The notes beneath the pieces are model-generated. The model was not told the origin of the DNA, searched no databases, and saw nothing but the letters and a program-made list of their open reading frames with translations. From NCBI GenBank assembly GCA_965140445.1, contig OZ223236.1, forward strand, positions 2,496,001 to 2,560,000: a DNA stretch of 64,000 nt, given 5' to 3'. The DNA is from Candidatus Ozemobacteraceae bacterium. Lineage in GTDB: Bacteria > Muiribacteriota > Ozemobacteria > Ozemobacterales > Ozemobacteraceae. The translations under genes and the position numbers were made by a program. Shown piece after piece: positions 10,594-20,771 of the stretch. How positions within the stretch are numbered: the stretch's first letter is position 1; the number at the start of each line of letters is the position of its first letter.

Positions 10594-12963
10594 ATGAATA
10601 AAAGAGGCTTTTTACTTTACATTGTTGTAGCAGTGCTCTTTGCATTGGCTATTTTGGCATTTGCTTTGAATAGTTTAAAACAAGGCGCTGTAACTCAACT
10701 TGCTAAAAATGTAGATCAAAATAGATTAACTCTCCTTGCTCAATCAGCAAATAATGAAGTATTTGCAATGATTCGATCCCAGGTTAATGAAGCTAGTGAT
10801 AGTTCTATTTTTCAGAAATTTCGCGAGATTTTTCCTGGAACAGATGGCACTTCTCCTTCTTTGCCCGCAAGAATTTTGTTATTCAACAATTTTATTCCAT
10901 TAAAAACATTGGAATTGGCGCAATCGGCAGGTTACAAACTAAAAATAAAATGTAAAGCAGTTTTGCATGTATTTAAAAGCGCACCATATAAATCTGTTAC
11001 TGCTTTTAATGGCTACCTGGATGTGTATTCTCAAGCTTATCGTGAGAACTTTGAAAGCAATTCTATTGAAGTCCATGAAAGACGAGAAGTAAGATTGGTC
11101 GATCTTCGACATAAGCTTGATAAATATGTTCTATTTGTAAAAAACTATTGCCCGGATTTTAATAATCCCCAGTATCGATTAGTTGTACAGGGAATTTCTC
11201 CTGCTGGCCCGGACATTTCAAAAGTGTATGTCGGTAGCTATGATTATCCGGAGTGTGACGACCCGCAAAAAAATCTTTGGTTCGATTTGAATCTTAAAGA
11301 AGCAAATACATTGCCGGGATTAGGAAAACTTTTTGATCTTTCAGGTGGATTAACAAAATTTGATGGGGCAGGTGCAAAACAATGCATGTTGAATGTTTCA
11401 AAAGTTCAATTTGCAACTCTTGGCGGGGTAACAGTTGATCAATTTACTTCTGTTCCAGCTGTTATGTATGTTTACGAAAAATTTGTGAACACTGCTGCTG
11501 ATGGTTGCTTTGGATCTTCTCAACCATTTAAGCGTGGAAGTGAATTAACAACCAAATGTAAGAATGCGTTGCCGCACTCCAACTCAAATGCTATCAGTTA
11601 CAGGGTTTGTGATGATTTTGCAAAAAATGCCAATGGTTTTGACTATTCTAAATGCGAAATTTTTAAACAAATACTTGGCACTTGTGTTGAAAAATGGGAA
11701 TACCACTTTGGATACACCGACGCCGAGTCAATTTGGTCGGTAAATACTGCTGTTAAACCAAAAATTCCCCTTCCAATGGCTTGGGCCACAGCTTTGGCAT
11801 ACTGTGGTCTTGCAACTACCACGGCTGATTTTCGTGATAAAGGGCCATATTTTGCCGAGTATCTAGATAAATCAGGAGGGAAACCTTTTAATCCAGAACG
11901 CTTTAGAGTAGGAAAGATGCCACTATTGTACGGTGAAGATAAAGATACTCCTGTTCTGGTAGAGGGGCCAGCCTATCTAAGATTCTTTAAATTAGCCTAT
12001 TTCAATGATTTTTCAACATCTATCTCATATGGTAATGAATCTGGCGGAAACTATACCGAAATTGAAGTTAAGGTCGAACCAGAACCAGTTCCCATTTATT
12101 TTAGAAGGAACGATAAATCAAAAACTTTTCAAAATACTGTGATAAGTCCAAATCTATCTCCATCTTCATATTTCCAGGAAAGATATCTTATGAGTAGAGC
12201 AGTGGATGATCTTTCAATCAACTCATTACTTGGAGAAACTCTTTCATACTTTGATGGAGATGGAAATGCGGTTACAATTAATCCTCTAAGTGGCCCTCAT
12301 CCAACGTTTGAACTTCCAATTCAGCCTTCCGGATCAAGTTATGAGGGAGTTAAATGGGGAAGAATAATAGACTTTAAAACGGTAAGCAGAAATTATTCAA
12401 ACCCAGAAGCATTCTTAAATGAGCGCGTTGTTGATGATACGCTTTTTGTTGATGGAGTTATTTACATTGAAAGTGGTGACCTTGATTTGTCAAAAGTCAG
12501 GCGATTTTATGGCAAAGGTATGATTTATCTCGGGAAGGGAAATTGTAGCCTTGGAAACCTCAAAAGGGCCAGGAGCCCTGATGAATATCCTGATTCTCTT
12601 CGGCTATATCTTAGACAAGGGGATTTTATAATTAAATCATCTGCCAATGAGATTGAAATACAGGCTTCTTTAGCGGCGTTTTACTATCCATTTGGCCAGA
12701 AAACTCCGCAAAAGCAAGGTAGTTTAATTATAAATGGAAAGTCATTGGTTCGAGTTTATGGCAACCTGTTGGTCGACTATTTGTATACTCAGGCTAATGA
12801 CGGATCTGGCCTGGCCAAAGATGGAAAGCTTGAGATAATGCATGATCCAATGATTTATGATCCCGCTTATGAAGATGGAAGCTTTAAAGGTGACCCTTAT
12901 CATATAAGTATCGCGCCGGCAAAAAGTTTGTTTAGCATTAATGCTGGGGAGAAAACATTTTAA
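10594..12963 (+). CDS. Large PilX/GspK-like pilin-type protein
   Basis: MNKRG|FLLYIVVAVL class III signal without Glu+5; large Cys-containing body. Confidence 0.6.
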   Translation: MNKRGFLLYIVVAVLFALAILAFALNSLKQGAVTQLAKNVDQNRLTLLAQSANNEVFAMIRSQVNEASDSSIFQKFREIFPGTDGTSPSLPARILLFNNFIPLKTLELAQSAGYKLKIKCKAVLHVFKSAPYKSVTAFNGYLDVYSQAYRENFESNSIEVHERREVRLVDLRHKLDKYVLFVKNYCPDFNNPQYRLVVQGISPAGPDISKVYVGSYDYPECDDPQKNLWFDLNLKEANTLPGLGKLFDLSGGLTKFDGAGAKQCMLNVSKVQFATLGGVTVDQFTSVPAVMYVYEKFVNTAADGCFGSSQPFKRGSELTTKCKNALPHSNSNAISYRVCDDFAKNANGFDYSKCEIFKQILGTCVEKWEYHFGYTDAESIWSVNTAVKPKIPLPMAWATALAYCGLATTTADFRDKGPYFAEYLDKSGGKPFNPERFRVGKMPLLYGEDKDTPVLVEGPAYLRFFKLAYFNDFSTSISYGNESGGNYTEIEVKVEPEPVPIYFRRNDKSKTFQNTVISPNLSPSSYFQERYLMSRAVDDLSINSLLGETLSYFDGDGNAVTINPLSGPHPTFELPIQPSGSSYEGVKWGRIIDFKTVSRNYSNPEAFLNERVVDDTLFVDGVIYIESGDLDLSKVRRFYGKGMIYLGKGNCSLGNLKRARSPDEYPDSLRLYLRQGDFIIKSSANEIEIQASLAAFYYPFGQKTPQKQGSLIINGKSLVRVYGNLLVDYLYTQANDGSGLAKDGKLEIMHDPMIYDPAYEDGSFKGDPYHISIAPAKSLFSINAGEKTF

Positions 12964-13274
12964 TGGATCAGGCTAGATGGCTAATAGTTTTTTCTGTGGT
13001 AATTTGTATGATCGCGACTCTTACAATATTGGGTCGCATTTACAAACCAGAGGTAATTTACATTGATAGTGAATCTGGTGAGGTTGCTCAGAAAACAGTT
13101 AACGAAGTTGAAGCTCAAGATTTTTCCTATGAGCCAAAAGCCTGGAAAACCAGAAAAAATAAAAATATTAAATATTCCCCACCTCCTAAACAGGTGTTTG
13201 CTGTAGAATCTCCAACGGCATTTCAGGATGAAAGCCGGCGAATTTCGGAGGATGGAAAAATAATTGGAAACTAA
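12963..13274 (+). CDS. Small membrane-anchored hypothetical protein
   Basis: TAATG coupling to the upstream gene; N-terminal TM helix. Confidence 0.6.
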   Translation: MDQARWLIVFSVVICMIATLTILGRIYKPEVIYIDSESGEVAQKTVNEVEAQDFSYEPKAWKTRKNKNIKYSPPPKQVFAVESPTAFQDESRRISEDGKIIGN

Positions 13275-13842
13275 TCGCCAAAAAGAAAAATCGAAAGTTG
13301 CTAAATCAGGATTAAGTTTTGTTGAAATCCTTATTGCAATAATGATCATCTCTGGATGCGCTGTTCCTATTGTTTATATGCTTACATCTTCAAGAACAGA
13401 TACTTCTAAAGCGATTAATTATCTTAGAGCAATGGAACTCGCCAATGAGGCAATTGAATGGGCAACGGTAACTCCTTTTGAAAAACTGACAGACGAGACT
13501 TTTTCTGCATTTTGGGGTTCACTTGTGACTGATGGAGGCGCTGGGTTAGCTCCAGATGAAGTCGCTGTAGTTGCGCCAGATCACCCTGTTTGGAGTTCAG
13601 ATGGGGTAATGGCAAAGAAGTTGAGCTACTCAGAACAATACAATAAAGCCTTTTTCTTCAGAGAGATTGAAATTGAAGATGTTTCGGCTGCTTATCTCGG
13701 AAAAAATATGATGAAAAAGGTTTCAGTAACAATAAAGTGGTGCGAAGGAAAAATGCCTGGGAATATAAACAACGGTGACGACAGAACTCGTCAGGTGCAG
13801 TTATCTGTTTTAATTGGCAATGATGCAAATTTGTATTTTTAA
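13264..13842 (+). CDS. Type IV prepilin-like protein
   Basis: KSG|LSFVEILIAIMII. Confidence 0.8.
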   Translation: METNRQKEKSKVAKSGLSFVEILIAIMIISGCAVPIVYMLTSSRTDTSKAINYLRAMELANEAIEWATVTPFEKLTDETFSAFWGSLVTDGGAGLAPDEVAVVAPDHPVWSSDGVMAKKLSYSEQYNKAFFFREIEIEDVSAAYLGKNMMKKVSVTIKWCEGKMPGNINNGDDRTRQVQLSVLIGNDANLYF

Positions 13843-13852
13843 AGGTGATGGA

Positions 13853-14533
13853 ATGAAATTTTTCAGAAAAAGAAGAGCTTTCACTTTTATGGAAATGACT
13901 GTTAGTGTATCTATTGCTCTTGTTGCCTTTTTAATGATTTATAAGTTTATGACAAGCAGTCGTCACCATTACATGTACGGAACTGTAAATCTTCAAAATC
14001 TTCAGGAAGCAAGATTGGCTATAAATTTTCTTCGACGGGATTTTTCCTGCGCCTGTCCAAGATTTGAAGAAGGCGGAGCTGGTAACTTTCAATCCATTCA
14101 AAAATTGCAGAAACAAGTTTTTGATACTGGCACTGTAATCCCTGACGCAAAAGGCGATTTAATTTTGATAACCGATCAGGGAATAGCATTTCATAGATTT
14201 AGATTTGATTCGCCGGATGTTTTTCCTGTTGTTGAAAGGGTTACTTATGATTATGATCCTACGGCAAAAACTCTCACCAGAAGATCTGAAGATGGAAGAG
14301 TAAACAGTTTTACTGGTTTTGATAATGTTCAGTTTAAATTATATACACACCTGTTAAATAATAAAATTCCCATACTTTGGGTCAGTTTAAAAATCCATGA
14401 AGGCGAAAATATTTATGGATCAGAAAAAGTTGGAACTGAACTGGAGCTTACCACAAGCATAACTAGCCCCTATATCAGCAGTAATTTAAGTAATCTTTCA
14501 TGGCGAAATGAAACGGGTCATAAAAAAATGTAA
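13853..14533 (+). CDS. Type IV prepilin-like protein (PilW/GspJ-like)
   Basis: RRA|FTFMEMTVS and EARLAINFLRRD; start placed at MKFF. Confidence 0.8.
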   Translation: MKFFRKRRAFTFMEMTVSVSIALVAFLMIYKFMTSSRHHYMYGTVNLQNLQEARLAINFLRRDFSCACPRFEEGGAGNFQSIQKLQKQVFDTGTVIPDAKGDLILITDQGIAFHRFRFDSPDVFPVVERVTYDYDPTAKTLTRRSEDGRVNSFTGFDNVQFKLYTHLLNNKIPILWVSLKIHEGENIYGSEKVGTELELTTSITSPYISSNLSNLSWRNETGHKKM

Positions 14534-14604
14534 AAAAAGTTGCAACAAAGTTGAAACTTTAAGCGTAACTTTACTGAATATAAAAAGTAGTAGGAGGGAC
14601 CTTC

Positions 14605-15480
14605 ATGAAACGCTCAAGACCAATTTTATCCTGGATCATATGTTTTGCACTTATTTTTAACCCCATTTTGTTTGAAGCGGCCTTATGGGCACAAGATGAA
14701 AAACTTCAAACCGCTGAAGATCAAGCTGTTCAAGCTACCGAAAAAGCAGATGATGCTTCGGAACAATTAGATGAGACAGACACTAAGTTGCAGAATACTG
14801 GAAAGATTAAAAAGAAAACTCTGATGTCCGGTAGTACCAAAAGAAAGATTGATAAAGCTAATGCTGCATTATCAGACGGTAAAGTCCAGGTAAAAGACGC
14901 AAAGGCTCAGACCAATGATGTTAAAGAATCTGCAAAAGATGCAGTTGGCGAATTTCAGGCAATTGGCGATACAGTAAAAGGCGATGGAAATGCCTTTGAG
15001 AAGGTTTCAAAAGTTACTGCTGGTATCCAGAAAGCCCTTATTAAAACTGGACAGCTTCTACAAAAAGTTGGAAAGCTTCTTAAAACTGTAGGTCAGGTTT
15101 TAATGACTGTGGGAAAAGTTCTCTCTGCGATTCCTTGGACTTCCGCTATTGGACAGGCTCTTGAGCGTATTGGTGATATAATTTATAAAGTTGGAAACGT
15201 TCTTGAAAAGATTGGTCAGGTAATTGAAAAAATTGGTCAGACTGCTGCAAATGCAGATCAAGGCTTTGGTGATATGCTTGGTCAGATTTTCCAGGCTGGT
15301 AAAGATGGATGGACTGAAGGAGCAAAAGGTGCTCAGGACTTTAGAGATTCATTAGACAACGAAGCTGCAGGTGCTGATACTTCAGAAAGCATGGGCGGCG
15401 CTTCTGAATCAACAGAATCTGATACTGGATCGGATGCTGATACTGTGGAAGATGCAGAACAGGACGTAGCTGATATTTAA
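14605..15480 (+). CDS. Secreted protein with Gly-heptad amphipathic repeats and acidic tail
   Basis: Signal peptide; GGAGGG RBS; repeated (V/I/T)GxxLxK heptads. Confidence 0.75.
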   Translation: MKRSRPILSWIICFALIFNPILFEAALWAQDEKLQTAEDQAVQATEKADDASEQLDETDTKLQNTGKIKKKTLMSGSTKRKIDKANAALSDGKVQVKDAKAQTNDVKESAKDAVGEFQAIGDTVKGDGNAFEKVSKVTAGIQKALIKTGQLLQKVGKLLKTVGQVLMTVGKVLSAIPWTSAIGQALERIGDIIYKVGNVLEKIGQVIEKIGQTAANADQGFGDMLGQIFQAGKDGWTEGAKGAQDFRDSLDNEAAGADTSESMGGASESTESDTGSDADTVEDAEQDVADI

Positions 15481-15494
15481 AATATTTTCTTTGC

Positions 15495-15522
15495 AAAAGC
15501 CGGGGCGCCCCGGCTTTTTTTT
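15495..15522. terminator. Bidirectional intrinsic terminator
   Basis: AAAAGCCGGGGCGCCCCGGCTTTT between convergent genes. Confidence 0.85.
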
Positions 15523-16034
15523 TATCCCAATTTTCTGAGCAATTCTTTCTCCGCTTCTGATAAGAGCTTTTCTGTATCAGTAGAGGGTAAATTAAGATAT
15601 TCAGCTAATAAATCATTTGAGACATTCAATAATTTTGCAAGAATTAAAACCTTTTTAAAATTAGTCTCCAGGCTTCGAATTGCAGAAAGTAAATTTTTAC
15701 TGTTGTCTGAAAGATTAAGTGGGACAGATGATATGTTGGTTATAGTTGATTGTCTTATACTTTCTGGTGCTGCTTCAGAAAGTTGAATTGCATATTTCAA
15801 AACTTCAGGGAAAAATGGTTGGTAAGGATTCATTTTCGAGCGGTTTTTAAATAGAATCTCAAAAGAATTTAAAACTATGGTTTGTGCAAAAAGTCTTTCC
15901 CCTGTCCAAAAATACATAAACCTGATCAGGCTATCTTGATATTTCTTTGCAAGACTCAGACAAGATTTGTAATCACCTTCTATCATCTTTTTAACCAGCA
16001 ATGTATCGTTTTGTAATTTCAAATCAGTGTTCAT
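15522..16034 (-). CDS. Divergent ECF sigma factor-like protein
   Basis: 170 aa; region 2-like and region 4-like spacing (IRSLETNFKKVLILAK...LAEYLNLP). Confidence 0.6.
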   Translation of the reverse strand: MNTDLKLQNDTLLVKKMIEGDYKSCLSLAKKYQDSLIRFMYFWTGERLFAQTIVLNSFEILFKNRSKMNPYQPFFPEVLKYAIQLSEAAPESIRQSTITNISSVPLNLSDNSKNLLSAIRSLETNFKKVLILAKLLNVSNDLLAEYLNLPSTDTEKLLSEAEKELLRKLG

Positions 16035-16821
16035 GGTGCAAAATTACCTTTGGGTTAGATCTGCTAAGAGTGAAGTTGATATTTCCTGAGTGAATGGGTA
16101 AAGGGTTGCCTTCAAGTAAGGTCAATTGGGTCTGTTCTCTGGTTTTATTTATCATCAAATTTTGTTCGTTTAAAACAATTTTATAATTATCAAGAGTTAC
16201 TCCGAAATCCATCCCGGTAACTTTAATGTTCAATTTTCCAGATTTCAGCTCTATTTTATTGTCTCCAAAATGAATCAGGGCATCCTCTGGAAAAATCTGA
16301 ACTTTTCCATCTTCAAAAATAATCTGGGCTTGCAAATTCTTCGAAAAATTACCTTCATCATTTGAGAAAACGTGAAATCTTTGAGGTTTGAAAGCATTAT
16401 TATCGTTTTTCAAAATTACCTGATATGGAGAAGTATTTGAAATATAGGATTTCGAAAAATTACCTGGGTTATATATAAAAGAAATAAATATAGCAACAAT
16501 AGAAATTAGAAAAAGTGAAGCGAGCCCATATATCAAAGCCGTTCTTTTGGGGGAGGACTTAAGGAGAAAATCATATCGAGCAGAGAAAATCTTACTGTCC
16601 CGTTCTTCTTTAACAAGCTTTTTTAATCTGATTTTTAGTTCATCGCACAAATCATATTCAAGTGAGCACTTTTGCAATTCCAGAAAAGCTTGATCTGCAG
16701 CGATTCTATTTTTATAAAATTTATTACACTTCTGACAATTTGTGAGATGAGTCTGAACTATGGATGATAATTCAGAGTTTCTTGATTGGATTAAAATTGT
16801 TTCAATATTTTCACAGTTCAT
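16024..16821 (-). CDS. Anti-sigma factor-like protein (zf-HC2, TM, FecR-like)
   Basis: MNC...HLTNCQKC motif, TM helix, beta-rich C-terminus. Confidence 0.65.
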   Translation of the reverse strand: MNCENIETILIQSRNSELSSIVQTHLTNCQKCNKFYKNRIAADQAFLELQKCSLEYDLCDELKIRLKKLVKEERDSKIFSARYDFLLKSSPKRTALIYGLASLFLISIVAIFISFIYNPGNFSKSYISNTSPYQVILKNDNNAFKPQRFHVFSNDEGNFSKNLQAQIIFEDGKVQIFPEDALIHFGDNKIELKSGKLNIKVTGMDFGVTLDNYKIVLNEQNLMINKTREQTQLTLLEGNPLPIHSGNINFTLSRSNPKVILHHEH

Positions 16822-16904
16822 AAATGGAAAATTAGTATAACTACTTATGTAAAAAAATCATAATAGTAAAAAATACCTGCAATCTTTCCGAAGAAGCAAA
16901 TATT

Positions 16905-17453
16905 ATGAAAAACTTAATTTCAAAAATGATTGCAGGTTTGGCGGCCATTACTTTGTTTGTCCTGGCACTACCTCTTTCTTATGGCGGAGACCCGGGAATC
17001 ACCGGCCAGTTGGTTAAAAATCCGGAAAGATACTATCACAGGCTTAAAGCAATGAGAAATGCAACACCGGATGACCCTGAGATAAGTTACCAGATTGCAA
17101 ATGTTTACTACAGCCTCAAAATGGAAGATGAAGCAATAAAGGAATATCGTAGGGTTCTGAAAATTGATAAAAACCATTACAACTCAAAGTGGTTTTTGAG
17201 CAAAGTTCTTGAGAGTAAGGGATATCTGGAAGAATCTTTCTGGCTTGTTAGAGAATGTATTGAAGCTAGAAAAAATGATTCTGACCTTTACTTAAGAGCT
17301 GCAGATTTACTTGTAAAAATGGATCAGCAAGATGTAGCCAAGGAATACTATGCCAAGGTGGACGAGCTAAAATATGGTGAGAAAGACGGTAAGAAGCCAA
17401 TGCATGCCGTTACTCAGCCTACCCGAGGTAGTTGGAAAAAATACTTCTATTAG
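16905..17453 (+). CDS. Exported TPR protein
   Basis: Signal peptide; TPR-like EAIKEYRRVLKID. Confidence 0.75.
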   Translation: MKNLISKMIAGLAAITLFVLALPLSYGGDPGITGQLVKNPERYYHRLKAMRNATPDDPEISYQIANVYYSLKMEDEAIKEYRRVLKIDKNHYNSKWFLSKVLESKGYLEESFWLVRECIEARKNDSDLYLRAADLLVKMDQQDVAKEYYAKVDELKYGEKDGKKPMHAVTQPTRGSWKKYFY

Positions 17454-18082
17454 GATTGCCTTAAATTTTCCAGTTTCTTTTTTACAAAATCATCCACTTC
17501 CGGATCGCTATAAGTGTTGCTGGAAGAGAGCGCGATTTCCGCTTTTAATTGGCCTTTTGAAAAGGTTTCTAATCTTTTTTGCTCAATTGCCGCCTTATCT
17601 ATTGCTTGAAGATAGCTTGAGTCAGAACTGAACTCAGAAATAATGGTAGCAATTTTTTCCCGATCCATGGATCTGCTTTTTTCTTTTTTAAGATTTTGAA
17701 GCATTTTGCTTAATTCATCAATTTTATTTTCTATTTCAAGAAATGCATTTTTTAAGGATGCTTTTTCTTTATCTAGTTCAGAAACATTTTCATGCAGCTT
17801 TTCAACGATATCAACAGTTTGTTTCAACCGTTTCAAGGCGATAACCGCACTTTCTTCGTCGTTTTTATTTAAAAAGTCTTTAGCCTTGATTTCCAATTCT
17901 TTTTCTCTTGCGGTTTTATCCTCTAACTCAGAAAGAGAATTACGAACCTGTCTAACGTTTTCGGAAAGTTGAAACTGGATTTTTTCCTTTTTACTTTCAA
18001 GATCTTCAATCAACTCTTTCAATAGATCAAGCTCGTCTTTAGCTCCAAAAAGCTTATTCTTTAGTTTGGAAATAAAATTCAC
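17450..18082 (-). CDS. PspA/IM30-like coiled-coil protein
   Basis: Long coiled coil with KAKDFLNKNDEESAVIALKR. Confidence 0.65.
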   Translation of the reverse strand: MNFISKLKNKLFGAKDELDLLKELIEDLESKKEKIQFQLSENVRQVRNSLSELEDKTAREKELEIKAKDFLNKNDEESAVIALKRLKQTVDIVEKLHENVSELDKEKASLKNAFLEIENKIDELSKMLQNLKKEKSRSMDREKIATIISEFSSDSSYLQAIDKAAIEQKRLETFSKGQLKAEIALSSSNTYSDPEVDDFVKKKLENLRQS

Positions 18083-18642
18083 AATTTCACCCCAATTTCT
18101 TTGTATCTATCGCGGACTTTTTGAATCCAATCTTCACCAAAAATATATCCCAGTATTTCTTCATATGCTATTAAAACAGGCGGAGCGTCAGGAACTGATC
18201 GGCAAAAATCATTTGGTTGAAAATTAATAATCCAGCCAGTTTCAGTTTTACGCAAAATAATTGGAAACAGATGGCACCAGAGTGGCTTAATTTCATGAAC
18301 AGGTATTGATTCTTCAAGGCCATAGCTATGGATTGAGCAAAGGACAACTCCATTTTTGTCCCTAAAAGCGAGAGGGCAGGGACTATTTTTTCCTATTTCC
18401 CTAATATGATGACTGCCGTGAAAAACCTCAGCAATTCCTGTGGCCAAAAAATTGACTGATTTTTTCGAAAGCTTTGGAGCAAGTTTAGGTAAAAGCTCTT
18501 TTACAGTTTCTATTTCATCTTCACTAATCGGGGCACCTAAATCACCAACTTCACAACAAAGTCCCTTACAAGCTGAGAGATCGCAGTTGAAACGCGCTGT
18601 CCATGCCTCATCGGAAATTAAAACGTTATCTATTTGTTGCAT
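18079..18642 (-). CDS. DUF3109-like Cys-rich protein
   Basis: FNCDLSACKGLCCEVGDLGAP and KPLWCHLFPI. Confidence 0.8.
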   Translation of the reverse strand: MQQIDNVLISDEAWTARFNCDLSACKGLCCEVGDLGAPISEDEIETVKELLPKLAPKLSKKSVNFLATGIAEVFHGSHHIREIGKNSPCPLAFRDKNGVVLCSIHSYGLEESIPVHEIKPLWCHLFPIILRKTETGWIINFQPNDFCRSVPDAPPVLIAYEEILGYIFGEDWIQKVRDRYKEIGVKL

Positions 18643-18747
18643 TTTAAAATTTACCTGAAATTGTTATTTGCTTTATCGTAGCAGAAAAAAGTAAAATCTG
18701 TGAATACAAAGTTAATTGTTCGGCTTGAAAGACCGATATAAAGGCTG

Positions 18748-20706
18748 ATGACTAAAATTGATTTAATACTAATTGTTTGCTTGGCTCTGCTATTGATAGT
18801 AGTTGTGCTAAGAGTCTGGATTGGTAGACGGAAGCAGGCCAAAGAGGCACAGGTTCCATCTGAAAATCCAGATAATTCTGCTACTCCGAATGACGAGATT
18901 CATGCTGAAATCAACACTAATCCTGTAGAATCAAATCAGGTCGTTAATAAAGAACAACCTATTGATGATTCAATAAATAATGATTTTTCCGATTTGCCGG
19001 GAGATCTTCCTAACGTTGAGTCTGAAGAAAATGTTGAGGAAGAAGAATCTTTAGAAACTTTTACTTTGCCTTCAGAAGGTGAAGTTGAAGATCCAATTAT
19101 CTTGATTAAAACCTTTTCAGCATCAACTGAAAAAAGACTGTTCGCAATAAAGAAGGCTGCTGAAGATAAACTAGTCGAAGCTGTGCCTGCACTAATTGAA
19201 GCTCTTTATGAGCCTGATCCTGCCATCTCTTCTGCTGCTGCAGATAGCCTTGGAGTTATAGGCGATGAGCGGGCGATTGAGCCGCTTTTGGAAATTTCCA
19301 GAAGAAATGATGCACAAATAATAAAACAAATTAATGATAGAGAGAAGCGCTCTGAAGATACTTCCCAGGAAGTAGAGGAAACTCCGGGCGAGCAAGTCAA
19401 TGAAAACCCATACAATTTCAAGGAACTTACTGTTTTCAAAATCGATCAGCTTCCACAGGAGTATTTTCAAGCCGACGGGTCACCAATCCCAAGGAAAGAC
19501 CTTGTTGTAAAAGGGCTTCGGGATAATAATCAACAGTTAAGACAAATGGCTGCAAAGGCAGCAATTGGTATAGATAGTGAAGAAGTAATTGAACCTCTAA
19601 TTGAAGTGTTAGCTAATCCTTTTGAAGTGGAATCGGTAAGGTTTATGGCGGCTGAAGCACTCGGAGGAATGAATGACGAAAAATCTATTGAGCCATTACT
19701 CAATTCCTTGGGAGACGAGAACGTTGCGGTTAGATATTCTGCAGCAGCTGCGCTAAGTGGTAGAAAAGATGAGCGTGTCGTTATGGCATTAATTGGGGCT
19801 ATTTATGATCCCGATAAATATGTTAGATCCTCTGTTGCATTTGCATTAGGAACTACAGAAGATCCTAGAGCAATGGCCGCCCTTTTTGATTGCATTACAG
19901 ATGAAAGCGACGTTGTCAGGTTCTCCGCAGCAAAAGCTTTGGGCAGTTTTTCACCAGAAAAGGTTATTGCAGAAGTAAAGAATCGTTATGAGCTCGCAAA
20001 CCTGAAAACAAGGTTAGCTTTAACTGATGTAGTTGGTCATTTAAAATGCAAAGAAGCTACTGACATGTTAAAAGTGGCTTTGAAAGATGAGAATTCGGAA
20101 ATCAGTTACAGAGCATCTATGGCGCTTATGGGCCAAGAAAGTGTTGATGTAATTGATGACCTTATTGAAGCTTCAAAACGGTTAGATAATGAACTTATGA
20201 GCCTTATGGTTGATGGAGTTGACGTTGAGTCTTTCCAGAGTGGCCAAAAAGAAGTTCAGGAAACTGGGAAAGCAGAAGTGACAGGTGCTGTAAAATCTGC
20301 TGTTTCGAAAATCAATCCAGACAATTTGCCAGAAAGCCTGAAGAATCTTTTTCAAAATCTTCAAGATGGAAGTCATAACATTAGAATTAGTGCTGTAAAT
20401 GCTCTTGGAGACTTTTCTTCGGTTGAGGCTGTTGATTTGTTGGTTTCTGCCAAAGAAGATGAAAATGAGTTTGTTAGAGCAGCTGTTGTTGCTTCTCTTG
20501 GGAAGATTCAACAACCAGTTTGTATTGAAATTCTAGGGCAATTTTTAAATGACCCGTCTGAAGAAGTTAGATATTCCCTTGTCAGATCATTGGAAGAAAT
20601 TAACAGCGATATGGCAACCATGTTTCTTGAGCAAATAGCAGCTGAAGATGGTTCAAAAAGTCTCAGAAGGACGGCAAGGGTCGCTTTGGAAAAGAAAAAA
20701 GGTTGA
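18748..20706 (+). CDS. Membrane-anchored HEAT-repeat (PBS-lyase-like) protein
   Basis: N-terminal TM helix, acidic linker, many VRxxAAxALG repeats. Confidence 0.9.
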   Translation: MTKIDLILIVCLALLLIVVVLRVWIGRRKQAKEAQVPSENPDNSATPNDEIHAEINTNPVESNQVVNKEQPIDDSINNDFSDLPGDLPNVESEENVEEEESLETFTLPSEGEVEDPIILIKTFSASTEKRLFAIKKAAEDKLVEAVPALIEALYEPDPAISSAAADSLGVIGDERAIEPLLEISRRNDAQIIKQINDREKRSEDTSQEVEETPGEQVNENPYNFKELTVFKIDQLPQEYFQADGSPIPRKDLVVKGLRDNNQQLRQMAAKAAIGIDSEEVIEPLIEVLANPFEVESVRFMAAEALGGMNDEKSIEPLLNSLGDENVAVRYSAAAALSGRKDERVVMALIGAIYDPDKYVRSSVAFALGTTEDPRAMAALFDCITDESDVVRFSAAKALGSFSPEKVIAEVKNRYELANLKTRLALTDVVGHLKCKEATDMLKVALKDENSEISYRASMALMGQESVDVIDDLIEASKRLDNELMSLMVDGVDVESFQSGQKEVQETGKAEVTGAVKSAVSKINPDNLPESLKNLFQNLQDGSHNIRISAVNALGDFSSVEAVDLLVSAKEDENEFVRAAVVASLGKIQQPVCIEILGQFLNDPSEEVRYSLVRSLEEINSDMATMFLEQIAAEDGSKSLRRTARVALEKKKG

Positions 20707-20771
20707 GTCTGTTTAATTCTGGTTGGCTTTTTATGTATAATCTAAAGTATGATTGCTGACTGGAGCTTGCT

